64,000 bases of DNA from Octopus sinensis (Eukaryota). The number at the start of each line of letters is the position of its first letter. The first letter of the stretch is position 1. The stretch lies in NCBI RefSeq assembly GCF_006345805.1, contig NC_042999.1:19840001-19904000 (forward strand). Reading direction: 5' to 3'. The position numbers were made by a program, and so were the translations under genes. Below the pieces are notes generated by a model. The model saw only the letters and a program-made list of their open reading frames with translations. It was not told the origin of the DNA and did no database searches. Positions 12,041 through 24,216 of the stretch are shown in pieces.

Positions 12041-12428
12041 CAAGAGAGTCAAGACTATTGAGAAGTTTGCAAGACGCAATGAAAATTTTAAGAAAATAAA
12101 AGTAACAAAAAAGTGGAAATTTTACCGGTGAGTGTGTTAAATTATATATTTCTTTATATATTTCTTTATTGCCCACAAGGGGCTAAACATAGAGGGGATA
12201 AACAAGAATAGACAAAGGGTTTAAGTTGATTACATCGACCCCAGTGCGAAACTGGTACTTTATTTATCGACCCCGAAAGGATGAAAGGTAAAGTTGACCT
12301 CGGCGGAATTTGAACTCAGAACGTAACGGCAGACGAAATACGGCTACGCATTTTGCCCGGCGTGCTAACGATTCTGCCAGCTCATATTATAAGGCACAAA
12401 AAGAAAATGACTCTCCACAGACACACAA
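12041..12428. mobile_element. Family F MITE half split by a minus-strand family N SINE (about 12147-12383)
   Basis: MITE sequence stops at AAATTATA and resumes at ATTATAAGGCAC after the SINE, giving an apparent ATTATA target duplication. Confidence 0.7.
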
Positions 12429-12653
12429 GATAAATGTAGTCATAGATATATCATGTCTGAACAAAAGACATGATGATTATGACTGGAATCATTTTGAAAA
12501 GATCTGCTCAAATAAGATTCACCTGGGGCTGAATATCAACCACAACAACCTAATTCTTAGGTTCTCAGGGTAGGTTGACTGTGTATCTACATATTTATGC
12601 ACATATCTACGTTTCTGAACGTTGTTTTTTCTCATTAAGATTAGCAGTTGCAA

Positions 12654-13255
12654 AGGCTGTGAGCTGGCAGAAACTTTAGCAAGCCAGGTGAAATGCTTAG
12701 CGGTATTTCGTCTGCCGCTACGTTCTGAGTTCAAATTCCGATGAGGTCGACTATGCCTTTCATCATTTCGAGGTCGATAAATTAAGTACCAGTTACGCAC
12801 TGGGGTCGATGTAATCGACTTAAACCGTTTGTCTGTCCTTCTTTGTCCCCTCTATGTTTAGCCCCTTGTGGGTAGTAAAGAAATGGCTATTTCGTCTGCC
12901 GCTACGTTCTGAGTTCAAATTCCGCTGAGGTCGACTTTGCCTTTCATCCTTTCGTGGTCGATTACATAAGTACCAGTTACGCACTGGGGTCGATGTAATC
13001 GACTTAAACCGTTTGTCTGTCCTTCTTTGTCCCCTCTATGTTTAGCCCCTTGTGGGTAGTAAAGAAATGGCTATTTCGTCTGCCGCTACGTTCTGAGTTC
13101 AAATTCCACCCAGGTCGACTTTGCCTTTCATCATTTCGAGGTCGATAAATTAAGTACCAGTTACGCACTGGGGTCGATGTAATCGACTTAAACCGTTTGT
13201 CTGTCCTTCTTTGTCCCCTCTATGTTTAGCCCCTTGTGGGTAATAAAGAAATAAG
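12654..13255 (+). mobile_element. Family N SINE, one head plus three tandem 184-bp body units
   Basis: TATTTCGTCTGCC recurs at 12704, 12888 and 13072. Confidence 0.85.
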
Positions 13256-13445
13256 TTTGGCAGTTGCCTATTCATATCTTCCTTCTCAAGGCAGCCTCCA
13301 GCTTTCAGAATGCTCGGTGGTGATACAGATACTACAATGTAGTTCATTCAACACTCTAATACAGTGATTCCCAACAGTTTTTTTTTATCAAGGGACCATT
13401 TCGATTCCTATTTTACTCTAATGGACCCTCACATCCATTCGATGT

Positions 13446-13946
13446 TTAACCCTTTTGTTACCAACCCAGCTGAAACCGGCTCTGGCTCTGAGTGCAAATG
13501 TCTTGTTTTCGTAAGTTTTCAATTAAAATCTTCCACCAAACCTTAGTCAAAATTTATGGTCCTAACACTAGCTTAATGATTACTAAGTTATTTTACTAAT
13601 TCTTTGTTATATTTAAAATTAATTGAAAGAAACACAGAGCATCTCAAAATAAATATGGAACAAAAGAATTAAAATATATACAGAGTAACAATTCTTAACC
13701 CTTTCGTTACCAACCTGTGGGAAACCACCTCTGTCTTAGTACAAATGTCTTGTTTTCATAAGTTTTCAATTAAAATCTTCCACCAAACGTTAGTCACAAT
13801 TTATGTTCCTAACACTAGCTTAATGATAACTAAGTTAGTTTACTAAATTCTTGGGCCTGGTGCAGCTTTCTGGCTTCCCAGACCCCAGTTGAACCGTCCA
13901 ACCCATGCTAGCATGGAAAGCGGACGTTAAACGATGATGATGATGG

Positions 13947-14036
<90 letters not shown>

Positions 14037-15084
14037 AAAATGAATTGAAAGAAACACAGAGCATCTCAACAGAAATATGGTAACAAAAGGATTAAAATAT
14101 ATAATAGAGAAACAATTCTTAACCCTTTCGATACCAACCTGGCTGAAACTGCCTCTGGCTCTGTAGTACAATTGTCTTGTTTTTATAAGTTTTCAGTTAA
14201 AATCTTCCACCAAACCTTAGTCACAATTTATGGTCCTAACACTAGCTTAATGATAACTAAGTTATTTTACTAAATTCTTTGTTATATTTTAAATCAATTG
14301 AAAGAAACACAGAGCATCTCAACAGAAATATGGTAACAAAAGGAATAAAATATATAATAGAGAAACAATTCTTAACCCTTTCGATACCAACCTGGCTGAA
14401 ACCGCCTCTGGCTCTGTAATACAAATGTCTTGTTTTCATAAGTTTTCAATTAAAATCTTCCACCAAACCTTAGTCACAATTTATGGTCCTAACACTAGCT
14501 TAATGATAACTAAGTTATTTTACTAAATTCTTTGTTATATTTTAAATTAATTGAAAGAAACACAGAGCATCTCAACAGAAATATGGTAACAAAAGAATTA
14601 AAATATATAATAGAGAAACAATTCTTAACCCTTTCGATACCAACCTGGCTGAAACTGCCTCTGGCTCTGTAGTACAATTGTCTTGTTTTTATAAGTTTTC
14701 AGTTAAAATCTTCCACCAAACCTTAGTCACAATTTATGGTCCTAACACTAGCTTAATTTTACTAAATTCTTTGTTATATTTTAAATTAATTGAAAGAAAC
14801 ACAGAGCATCTCAACAGAAATATGGTAACAAAAGAATTAAAATATATAATAGAGAAATAATTCTTAACCCTTTCAATACCAACCTGGCTGAAACCGCCTC
14901 TGGCTCTGTAATACAAATGTCTTGTTTTCATAAGTTTTGAATTAAAATCTTCCACCAAACCTTAGTTGCAATTTATGGTCCTAACACTAGCTTAATGATA
15001 ACTAAGTTATTTTACTAAATTCTTCGTTATATTTAACATAATTGAAACACAGAGCATCTCAAAATACAGTAAAAAAAAGGTTAA
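13446..15084 (+). mobile_element. Tandem array of six piggyBac-type MITEs of about 228 bp
   Basis: Each unit reads TTAA-CCCTTT(C/T)G(T/A)TACC...GGTAAC(G/A)AAAG(G/A)(G/A)-TTAA, separated by a spacer of about 23 bp (AATATATAATAGAGAAACAATTC). Starts at 13446, 13695, 14119, 14372, 14625 and 14864. Unit 2 is interrupted by a family M tail at 13851-14034. Confidence 0.85.
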
Positions 15085-15416
15085 AACAGTCATATTATAT
15101 TTTTATAATTAAATACTATTAAGAATTGTATAAAAAAAATTATTAAAATATTTTGTGAATTTTAGAAGTATAACCAATTTATTGCAGATAAATTTTAACA
15201 ACGAAATTTTACATGACCCCCAAGGGCCATGTGGACTCCAGTTGAAAACCACTGCTCTGATAATTCTGCCAATGTGATGTCCTGTATCAATGATTTCTTA
15301 ACAACTCTGAAAGAATAGAAAATAAAGTTGGTGTTTTTAACAGCAAATGTACCGTGTACATGAGTTTAACCAATGAAGTAACTGGAAAAAGCAAAAGAAA
15401 ACTATGAAACATTATT

Positions 15417-15794
15417 AATAGTTATCGCCATACTAATATGGCAGTCTTATAAATATAAGACTAAAGCTGTCGCTGATTAGCTCCATGAGGCCAACGCCTC
15501 TAGCTAGCTATTTGACGCACGAACCTGCGTCCATTACAAACCTTCGAACAGGGGAGGTCAGCCGCTTCACTTTGCTAGTCGGACAGCTGCAGACATGTTT
15601 CAGGGTTGTTGCCCTTTATCAATGCAGTCCGACTAGCAAGGTGAAGCGGCTGACCTCCCCTGTTCGAAGGTTTGTAATGAACGCAGGTTCGTGCGTCAAA
15701 TAGCTAGCTAGAGGCGGTGGCCTCTTGGAGCTAATCAGCGACAGCTTTAGTCTTATATTTATAAGACTGCCATATTAGTATGGCGATAACTATT
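15417..15794. repeat. 378-bp palindrome (Penelope-like inverted repeat) with a decayed hammerhead in the loop
   Basis: Arms 15417-15584 and 15627-15794 are reverse complements with a few substitutions. Confidence 0.9.
15587..15627 (-). ncRNA. Degenerate type I hammerhead ribozyme
   Basis: Minus strand reads CTGCA-TTGATAA-AGGG-CAACAA-CCCT-GAAAC-AT-GTC-TGCAG. Stems I and II are perfect, stem III is the palindrome ACATGT, the triplet is GUC. The CUGAUGA box has two transitions. Confidence 0.6.
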
Positions 15795-15987
15795 CATTTC
15801 CAGTAACGCTGCCGTAATCTCCTTTAGAGAGACTTAGTAATTTTAATATTTCTATTATGAAACAATGACTACATGGAAACGCTACATGGAAACTGCTTAG
15901 CTTCTCTAGCACAACACCAATAGCCATGGAAGGTTTTGCTGTTGCATCCTGTGTTACTTTATTTTGTATTTTTAATTAGTTAAGTGA

Positions 15988-16505
15988 TTAGAGTGTCAGG
16001 CTCACAATCATGAGGTTGTGAGTTCGATTCCCAGACCGGGCTGTGTGTTGTGCTCTTGATTAAAATACTTTATTTCATGTTGCTCAAGTTCACTCAGCAT
16101 TGTTGTTGTTGTTAGGCAACAAGACGGGTAAGGGTGATTAGGTGATGGCCTAGGGCTTAGGGGCAGGAGAACCCAGACCTTGGAAAAAGAACTTTAGTTG
16201 TCTTGTTGTAGTCGAGGGCTCTTCGTTGAGGCCCGACACCACAGGGAGGTGGCCCTCCAAGTCACTGTAAATGGAGATCTCCAGGTCCAAATTCTTGAAT
16301 GGCAGTTCACTCAGCTGTAGAAATGAGCTACCTTTCCTTTGGATAACATTTGTGGTGTGAAGAGCAGAGGCTGGTATGCACGGGTGACTGCTGGTCTTCC
16401 ATAAACAACCTTGCCCCAACTTGTGCCTTGGAGGAGAACTTTCTAGGTGCAATCACACAGTCATTTGTGACTGAGGAATGTCTACCTTTTACAATGACTG
16501 TGATG
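15988..16505 (+). mobile_element. tRNA-derived SINE family V, interrupted by a 205-bp insertion
   Basis: Colinear with the intact copy at 39929-40253. Insertion at 16099-16303 is flanked by an AGTTCACTCAGC duplication. Confidence 0.8.
16099..16303 (-). mobile_element. Short 5'-truncated retroposed fragment with a (CAA)n tail
   Basis: 12-bp target duplication (16087-16098 and 16304-16315). (TTG)n at the left end corresponds to a (CAA)n tail on the minus strand. Confidence 0.7.
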
Positions 16506-17176
16506 ATGAGGCACCAAAATACTGACTATGCAGTTAGTTCTGATTTAGGTGCTAAGCCAACAATTCTGAGAAATGGTGATTAGTCGATCCCATTGTCTCC
16601 AGTATTTGAGAGTTACATTATTTTATCAACCTTTGCAATTAAGACAAAACTATGGGATTGGAACACACCAAGAATTGAACGCAGAATGTAAAGAGCTGAA
16701 AGAAATGCCATTAAGAATTGTGTTCCATTCTTTGATAATTCTACCAATACACTTAATTTTTGTTCTTGTTCCAGTTTACCTGACTTGAAAAAAGAACCGA
16801 CTCCTTCTTGATTGTTTAATGGTTAGTGTTAGGGTTTGGTAACGTCCAGCTAAATGCAAACTATTATTTTTAAGAAATAAGTTGTGGTATGATATATGGC
16901 ATACCATGCTGTAGTGGAATCATATAGGATGCTGTTGTAATATACAATACATCTGGAGCATTTGTAGAACTGGAAAAACCCTTCACTATCCAGGTCTGAC
17001 TTCAAGTCAGTTTCTTCCAGAAACAGTCAGGCAGACAGAGATAAAAAAAAAAAGCAAAAGGGGATAATCACCATCAGTACAGGATTGGTACTTTGTTTAT
17101 TGACCCCCAAAAAACATACAAAACATAAAAATTAAACAACACAACCAACCATGATTTGAACTCAGAAAGTAAAGAT

Positions 17177-17340
17177 ATAGGCATAGGAGTGGCTATGTGG
17201 TAAGTAGCTTGCTTATGAACCACATGGTTCTGGGTTCAGTCCCACTGCATGGCACCTTGGGCAAGTGTCTTCTACTATAGCCTCGGGCTAACCAAAGCCT
17301 TGTGAGTGGATTTGGTAGACAGAAACTAAAAGCCCATCAC

Positions 17341-17438
<98 letters not shown>

Positions 17439-17652
17439 TTGTGTGTCTGCGTTTGTCTCCCCAACATTGTTTGAGAATCAATGCCGGTGTGTTTACATCC
17501 CCGTAACTTAGTGGTTCGGCAAAAAGAGACTGATAGAATAAGTACTAGGGTTACAAAGAATAAGTCCTGGGGTCGATTTGATTTGACTAAAGGCAGTGCT
17601 CCAGCATGGCCACACTCAAATGACTGAAACATGTAAAAGAGCAAAAGAGTAA
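17177..17652 (+). mobile_element. tRNA-derived SINE family C (CORE-like CCTTGGGCAAGT), internal (TA)n(TG)n
   Basis: Box A TGGCTATGTGGTAA, box B GGTTCAGTCCC, 3' end GACTGAAAC..GTAAAAGAG. More than 12 copies in the window. Confidence 0.85.
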
Positions 17653-19864
17653 TATAGGAAGAAATACCACAATATAATCTAAAACGCTGCTGGTTCCACC
17701 AATCCACTGCCTGGTTATAATATATGTAAAACAATGAAAACAAAACAAAATTTGATAAGTTGATACTGAATTTTTTGTATAAGAGGAAAGATGTGAAAAC
17801 CTGTTCTCTTCTATATGAATCCACTTTGTATTCTCACATTTTTTTTGTTCGGTGTAAGCATCCTTATACTATGTTGTCCTACATTAAATTCATAAGTGTA
17901 AAAAAAAAAATAATAGTTTCAAGAAAAAAGTATTTCGATCATACAGATGCTATTTTCATTCCTTACCACATCTTAAATCTTTTTCTAGATACATTTATCC
18001 ATTGAGTTAAAACAAATGCTAAATACTTATCTTTTTAGTTTAAAATAAGTATGAGAATGTTCATGTGAGAAAAAGAAAGAGAGAGAGAAACTTAGATGCA
18101 ATTTATGATATCTAAATGTTGCAACATGCTCAATTGTAAATATATATATTTTTAATGGTTATTTTGAGGGTTAGTTTGAAGAAAAATTTTTACAATTTGT
18201 ATTGAATGAATGATCTAAATTTGCATACATATAAGCTACTTTAATCTTCTCTTTTAAGTAAGGCAAATAACTTGTAAATCAATGTTTTTTCATCTTTATA
18301 TGTTACGTTTCCAATTTTAGAAAAATCTATTACATTTCCAAGTATTAATATATTTTATCTTGTGTATAAAAAGCAAGAGAGGAAAAAAGAAAAAATAAGA
18401 AATTTTTAACTAAATTTGTTTTCATTTTGCTTTAATCTTTTCATTAAATGCTGTGTTAAGTCTTTTAATCATATTCTTCCAAACTGAAATTTCTTGCAAG
18501 GAATCGATAGGATATAGCATATGGCACACAGTAATGCTCTCAAGAGTAATTCTCAACCAAGTGGAATACTAAATCATTCATTAAGATGTACTAAGAGCTA
18601 AGCAATCCAATTCCATATACAAATGATGAGTTTAGAAATAAACTAATGTTGTTGAATAAATTTAAATCCTTTTCTAATTCAAAAGTGTGGAGGTGGTATG
18701 TGGATGGGAGCTGAAGAATTTTTTCCATTTAAAATTTTTTTTTTTTTGCAGTCTTAGGAATTATATTCTTTGATTTTTTTTTCTATCTTTGCATATCAAA
18801 TTATTGATAGTGCCTTTGTTATTGGTGTTGTTATTGGTGTTGTGTCGCTGTTGGACTGTTTGGTAACGTTGGAACTAAAACTGTCTAAATAAAGAAAATG
18901 GCTAATGCCAAGATTTTCTTTATTTTCATTTTGTTTTTTTTTTGTTTTTTTTTTTGAAAGAAAATCTTAAAATGTCAAAATAACATTGAAAACTAGAAAC
19001 AACATAAGCAACAACAACAACAACAACAACAACAAAAAACAATGCTTCTATTTGAAATTCCATTGCTATAGTATTGTAGAGAGTCCTGCAGTCAGTAACC
19101 ATCAGAAAAAAATCGAAATGGCAGCCTTTACATCAGCTACCAGCGACTTCAGTGACAGCCATAACAGCAACTTGATTTTTAAAAATAATAATAATAATTT
19201 TAAAAGAATGTATATCATAGTAGATAAAAAAAAAATGAAACTAGGTATCAAGATTTTTGAAATAAATCTTTTCAAAAGTCAATTACTTTTGGAAAGATAT
19301 CACAACTGTTTAACAATACAGAAATCTGTCTTATCAAATATCTAAGCAACCTGGCCTCTGTGCCTTTTGTTATACTTTATTTATAACTAGAGACCTAAGC
19401 AATGTATTTATTCAACTTTATTCAAATTGTCTTGATTTTATTGTTGATTTTTTTTCCTATTTTAATCAATCATTAATCATACAATAGATACAATATGTCT
19501 GAAGCAGTAAAGATGTTAAATATACCCTTTTGTTCTCACCGTCCTGTTCTTGTTACCAATTTCACCCTCTGCAAAAAATCCCAAATTTTATTTAATTCGC
19601 GTATCGTCCTTGCCTTTGGAAACGCGGAGTAGATGAAACAGGGACAACTGAAGAAGGGAAATATTCTTTATGTTGCCTGTCTCGCTTCTTTGTTTGTTTT
19701 TTCTGTAGTTCCAAAAAAAACGTCTTTTCTTCTGTTTTTGTTTTTATGTTTTCATTTCTCATTGTGTTCCACGTTTTTTTTAATGTCCTGTACTCATTTA
19801 TGCATGTATATATATATACATATATATGTAGGTATGTACATATGCATATATTTATATAATAATT

Positions 19865-19961
<97 letters not shown>

Positions 19962-19985
19962 ATATTATATATATATATATATATC

Positions 19986-20038
<53 letters not shown>

Positions 20039-20576
20039 CATTAAATAAGGGTAGAAATTGATATTAGTTTATGATGTAGTTTATTAACTGCAGAGTAATT
20101 TCCGATCTCAGCGCACCAAAGTGAAGGCATTTGAAAGATACACACAAATACAATTTGTAGAACTTTATACATGCTAGATTTCGGTTGAGCGTTCTGTATC
20201 TAGTTCTGGAAATTGTGCTTTGTAAACGACAGACTATGCTGATGATCTTGCAGATGTTTACGTGTCCATATACGTAAATATTAACAAGGGAAACTAATAA
20301 GTACATAGGTAATCGTTTTTTATTTCGTATATTTTCATTTGTCTTGCTTATTTTTAAATTTTGTTTTTTTGCTGAGTTTTTTCTTGAGAACACATTCTTC
20401 ATGGAAAATGGCGATTTGACGTCTATATCTAGCATATAGGCTGTCCAGTTTTAGTGGTCAGTCCTAAATTTTATATATATATGAATATAAATGAAAAATG
20501 CATGAAATCCTAAAAAACATACACATAGGACAGACACAGAAGGACTCTAATTCTTCATCAGTTATTGAACAAAATA

Positions 20577-21381
20577 TTAATAAATAGTTTCATGCTTTTA
20601 ACAATAAGACTGAGAACGTCACATATCGGCAGCGCCTGCACAATTTGTGGCTGGAGCAAACAAAACGGTACAGAGTGGACGTACGAAAGTAAACAAATGT
20701 AATTTGGAATGATTGACAAAGACGGAATAAATATGGCCTATCGACCAAACAGACAGGAATGATGGGTAATCCTTGGAAGAAATCCTGAATGGATACAGAA
20801 AGAGGGATAGCAAGGTGGGGATAGATGTTGACCGGCAAGCTAAGTGTCCGGTGGTGAAAAACAGAGAGATAGGAAAATTTGTCATGGGTCACAGGGGAAG
20901 GAGAACGAGAGAAAGGGAGAGAGAGAGAGAGAGAGTAGCAGAGAGAATAGGGAAGGAAGGAAGGGAGAAGGTCTACAATTACAAGTAAGAGGATGAGAGA
21001 GAGGGAGAGAGGAAGTTGGGATGCCAGAAATGGAATAGGAGGATGAGTGAGAATGAGAAAGAGGGAACAGTCGCAAAAAATATATAAAAAATTTACTACT
21101 AACAAAAGTCAGGATGTGTGAGTAAGGGAGAGAGGGTGTATGTATGTGTGTATGTGTATGTGTGTATGTGTATGTATATTACCCATCATTACCGTCTGTT
21201 TGGTCGATAGGCCGTATTTATTCCGTCTTTGTCAATCATTTCAAATTACATTTGTTTACTTTCGTACGTCCACTCTGTACCGTTTTGTTTGCTCCAGCCC
21301 TAATCCTCCACAAATTGTGCAGGCGCTGCCGATATGTGAAGTTCTCAGCCTTATTGTTAAAAGCATGAAACTATTTATTAA
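20577..21381. mobile_element. Foldback element with TIRs of about 200 bp and a purine-rich centre
   Basis: 20577-20771 is the reverse complement of 21179-21381, with about 90% identity by eye and one 10-nt indel. No TSD identified. Confidence 0.7.
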
Positions 21382-21832
21382 AAATGCATCAAATATATTA
21401 TTATGTTCGATTTTCTGTTGTAATTCTCAGTGATATTATGGGTGGTTTAAATGAGGAATTTAACTCTTATTTCTAGCAAGCAGGCACATTTGTGTACCCT
21501 TATGATAGGGATATATATTTGTGTGTGTGTGTTATAAATTAGAACAAACAATAAAAAGTTGTCACTATAGTACTCAGAGATTTGAATGCCAGAGCTAAGA
21601 GCTACGATACAATCTTGTTGGTTATTAATGGCAACAGATGCTATGAAAATCCGTTAAATATAAGGGAAGTAACTCTAATAGGAGGAAAAAGAAAAAAGAT
21701 AAAATATATATATAGTATATATATAAAAATATGCACACAACTCTATTCTCACAATACATAGACATAAACCTCTTGCATTCACAACGTTTACACACACACA
21801 TACACACATACAAACATATACATATGTACGTA

Positions 21833-21899
<67 letters not shown>

Positions 21900-23267
21900 A
21901 TATACACACACACATGTATATATACGTTTATATGTAAATAAAATGAAATGTAATCATATATATGTATATATATAATTGATGAAAAATTCCTAGAAACTTT
22001 CTGCTCTAGTATTTGAAACTATGAATATTATTATGACAACTTACTGATTGTCCTATATTATATATGTATATATATATATACATATAAGTATGTATGTATG
22101 TATGTACGTATGTGTGTGTGTGTGTGTGTTTGTATAATTACATTTCATTTACAAAATACTATATCTATCTCTGGCTTTCACAATACTTTTCCTCTATCTT
22201 AAGGTGCACACACACATACACACCCTCACTCTCCGACATGCTTTCTCTCTCTCACACTTATACTCTCTCTCACACTCACTCCCTCTCACACACACACTTT
22301 CTCTCTCTTGAACACAAGCATACACACTCTCTCTCCCTTACTCACGCACACACACACACACACACATACACACTCTCTCTCTCTCTTACTCTCACACACA
22401 TAGACACACACACACACACACACACATACACACATACTCTCTCCCTTACTCAGACTCACACACACACACACTTACACACTCTCTCCCTTACTCACACACA
22501 CACTCTCCCTTATTCTCACACACACATGCACTCTCACACATACACACTCTTTCCTTTACTCACACACACAGACATACATACACACTCTCTCCCTTACTCA
22601 CACACACACACATATTGTGGAGGAGCTGGTTTCAATGATAAGTAATCATAGCAAATGACCTGCATTCCCAGCTTCCTTGTTCCCCATCTCCAGCACATCC
22701 AAGTGATGAAACTGAACCTCACTCACCACCAACACACTCCCATTTTCCTTTTTCTTTTACCTTTTCCTGTTCACAAGGATAGAAAAACACTTTAACAAAT
22801 GTAACCACTACCTGAACTTCTCTCATTTTGCTTTATTTCTTGTTTCTCCATTGCTTCTACAATCTCCTGAAAAACTAATTAGATCGACGAGAGAAAAAGA
22901 AACTATCAAGATGATCTAATTAGTTCTTAAAGTTGTTGTTGTTGTTGTTGTTGTTGTAGTTTGTGCAAAATAGGGAGAAGAAATCAACCTTGAAAACAAA
23001 TAAGATCACCCAACTAATGGAAAGCAATCAGTGACAACTCAATGAGTAAACAACTTCGTGGTTTTTGTGGAGTGCTAGAAATAGCAGTCAAATTGCTTTT
23101 AAATTGCTCTCTCCATAGGTGCAGGCATGGCTGTGTGGTAAGGAGTTCTGGGTTCAGTCGAACTGTGTGGCACCTTGGACAAGTGTCTTCTACTTATAGC
23201 CTCGGGCTGACCATAGCCTCGTGAATGGAAGAAGCTCATTGCATATATATATATATGAGTGTGACAA

Positions 23268-24216
23268 ACCAGCCTTGTCACACTCAAAGGACAGTCTTGT
23301 CACATTCAATGGCCAGTCTTGTCACATTCAATGGCCAGTCTTGTCACATTCAAAGGCCAGCTTTCTCACACTCAAAGGCAAATCTTGTTAAATTCAAAGA
23401 CCAGCCTTGTCACATTCAAAGGCCAGCCTTGTCACATTCAAAGGCCAGCCTTGTCACACTCAAAGGCCAGCCCTGTCGCATTCAAAGGTCAGCCTTGTCA
23501 CACTCAAAGGCAAGTCTTGTTACATTCAAAGGCCAGCCTTGTCACATTCAAAGGCCAGCCTTGTCACATTTAAAGGCCAGCCCTGTTGCATTCAAAGGTC
23601 AGCCTTGTCACATTCAAAGGCCAGCCTTGTTACATTCAAAAGCCAACCTTGTCACATTTAAAGGCCAGTCTTGTCACATTCAAAGGCCATCCCTGTCGCA
23701 TTCAAAGGTCAGCCTTGTCACATTCAAAGGCCAGCCTTGTTACATTCAAAGGCCAGCCTTGTCACATTCAAAGACAAGTCTTATCACATTCAAAGACCAG
23801 CCTTGTCACATTCAAAGGCCAGCCTTGTCACATTCAAAGGCAAGTCTTATCACATTCAAAGACCAGCCTTGTCACATTCAAAGGCCAGCCTTGTCACATT
23901 AAAAGGCCAGCCTTGTCACATTCAAAGGCCAGCCTTGTCCTATTCAAAGGCCAGCCTTATCACATTCAAAGGCCAGCCTTGTCACACTCGAAGGCCAGCT
24001 TTGTCACACTCAGAGGCCAGCCTTGTCACATTCAAAGACCAGCCTTGTCCCATTCAAAGGCCAGCCTTGTCACACTCAAAAGCCAGCCTTGTTACACTCA
24101 AAGGCCAGCTTTGTCACACTCAGAGGCCAGCCTTGTCACATTCAAAGGCCAGCCTTGTCACATTCAAAAGCCAGCCTGCCACATTCATAAGCCAGCTTTG
24201 TCACATTCAAAGGCCA
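23268..24216. repeat. 22-bp minisatellite, about 43 units, consensus CAGCCTTGTCACATTCAAAGGC
   Basis: Directly visible. The 22-aa periodic ORFs in three frames follow from the stop-free 22-nt unit. Confidence 0.97.

Noticed and set aside
13446-15084. Repeat-spacer periodicity resembling CRISPR
   Set aside because: Repeats are about 228-bp TIR elements and the spacers are near-identical.
16170-16270. Possible HDV-like ribozyme on the minus strand (GAGGGC-CAC-CTCCCT-GTG...CGAA..GCCCTC)
   Set aside because: No convincing P1 partner upstream and J4/2 spacing is wrong. A simple hairpin explains it.
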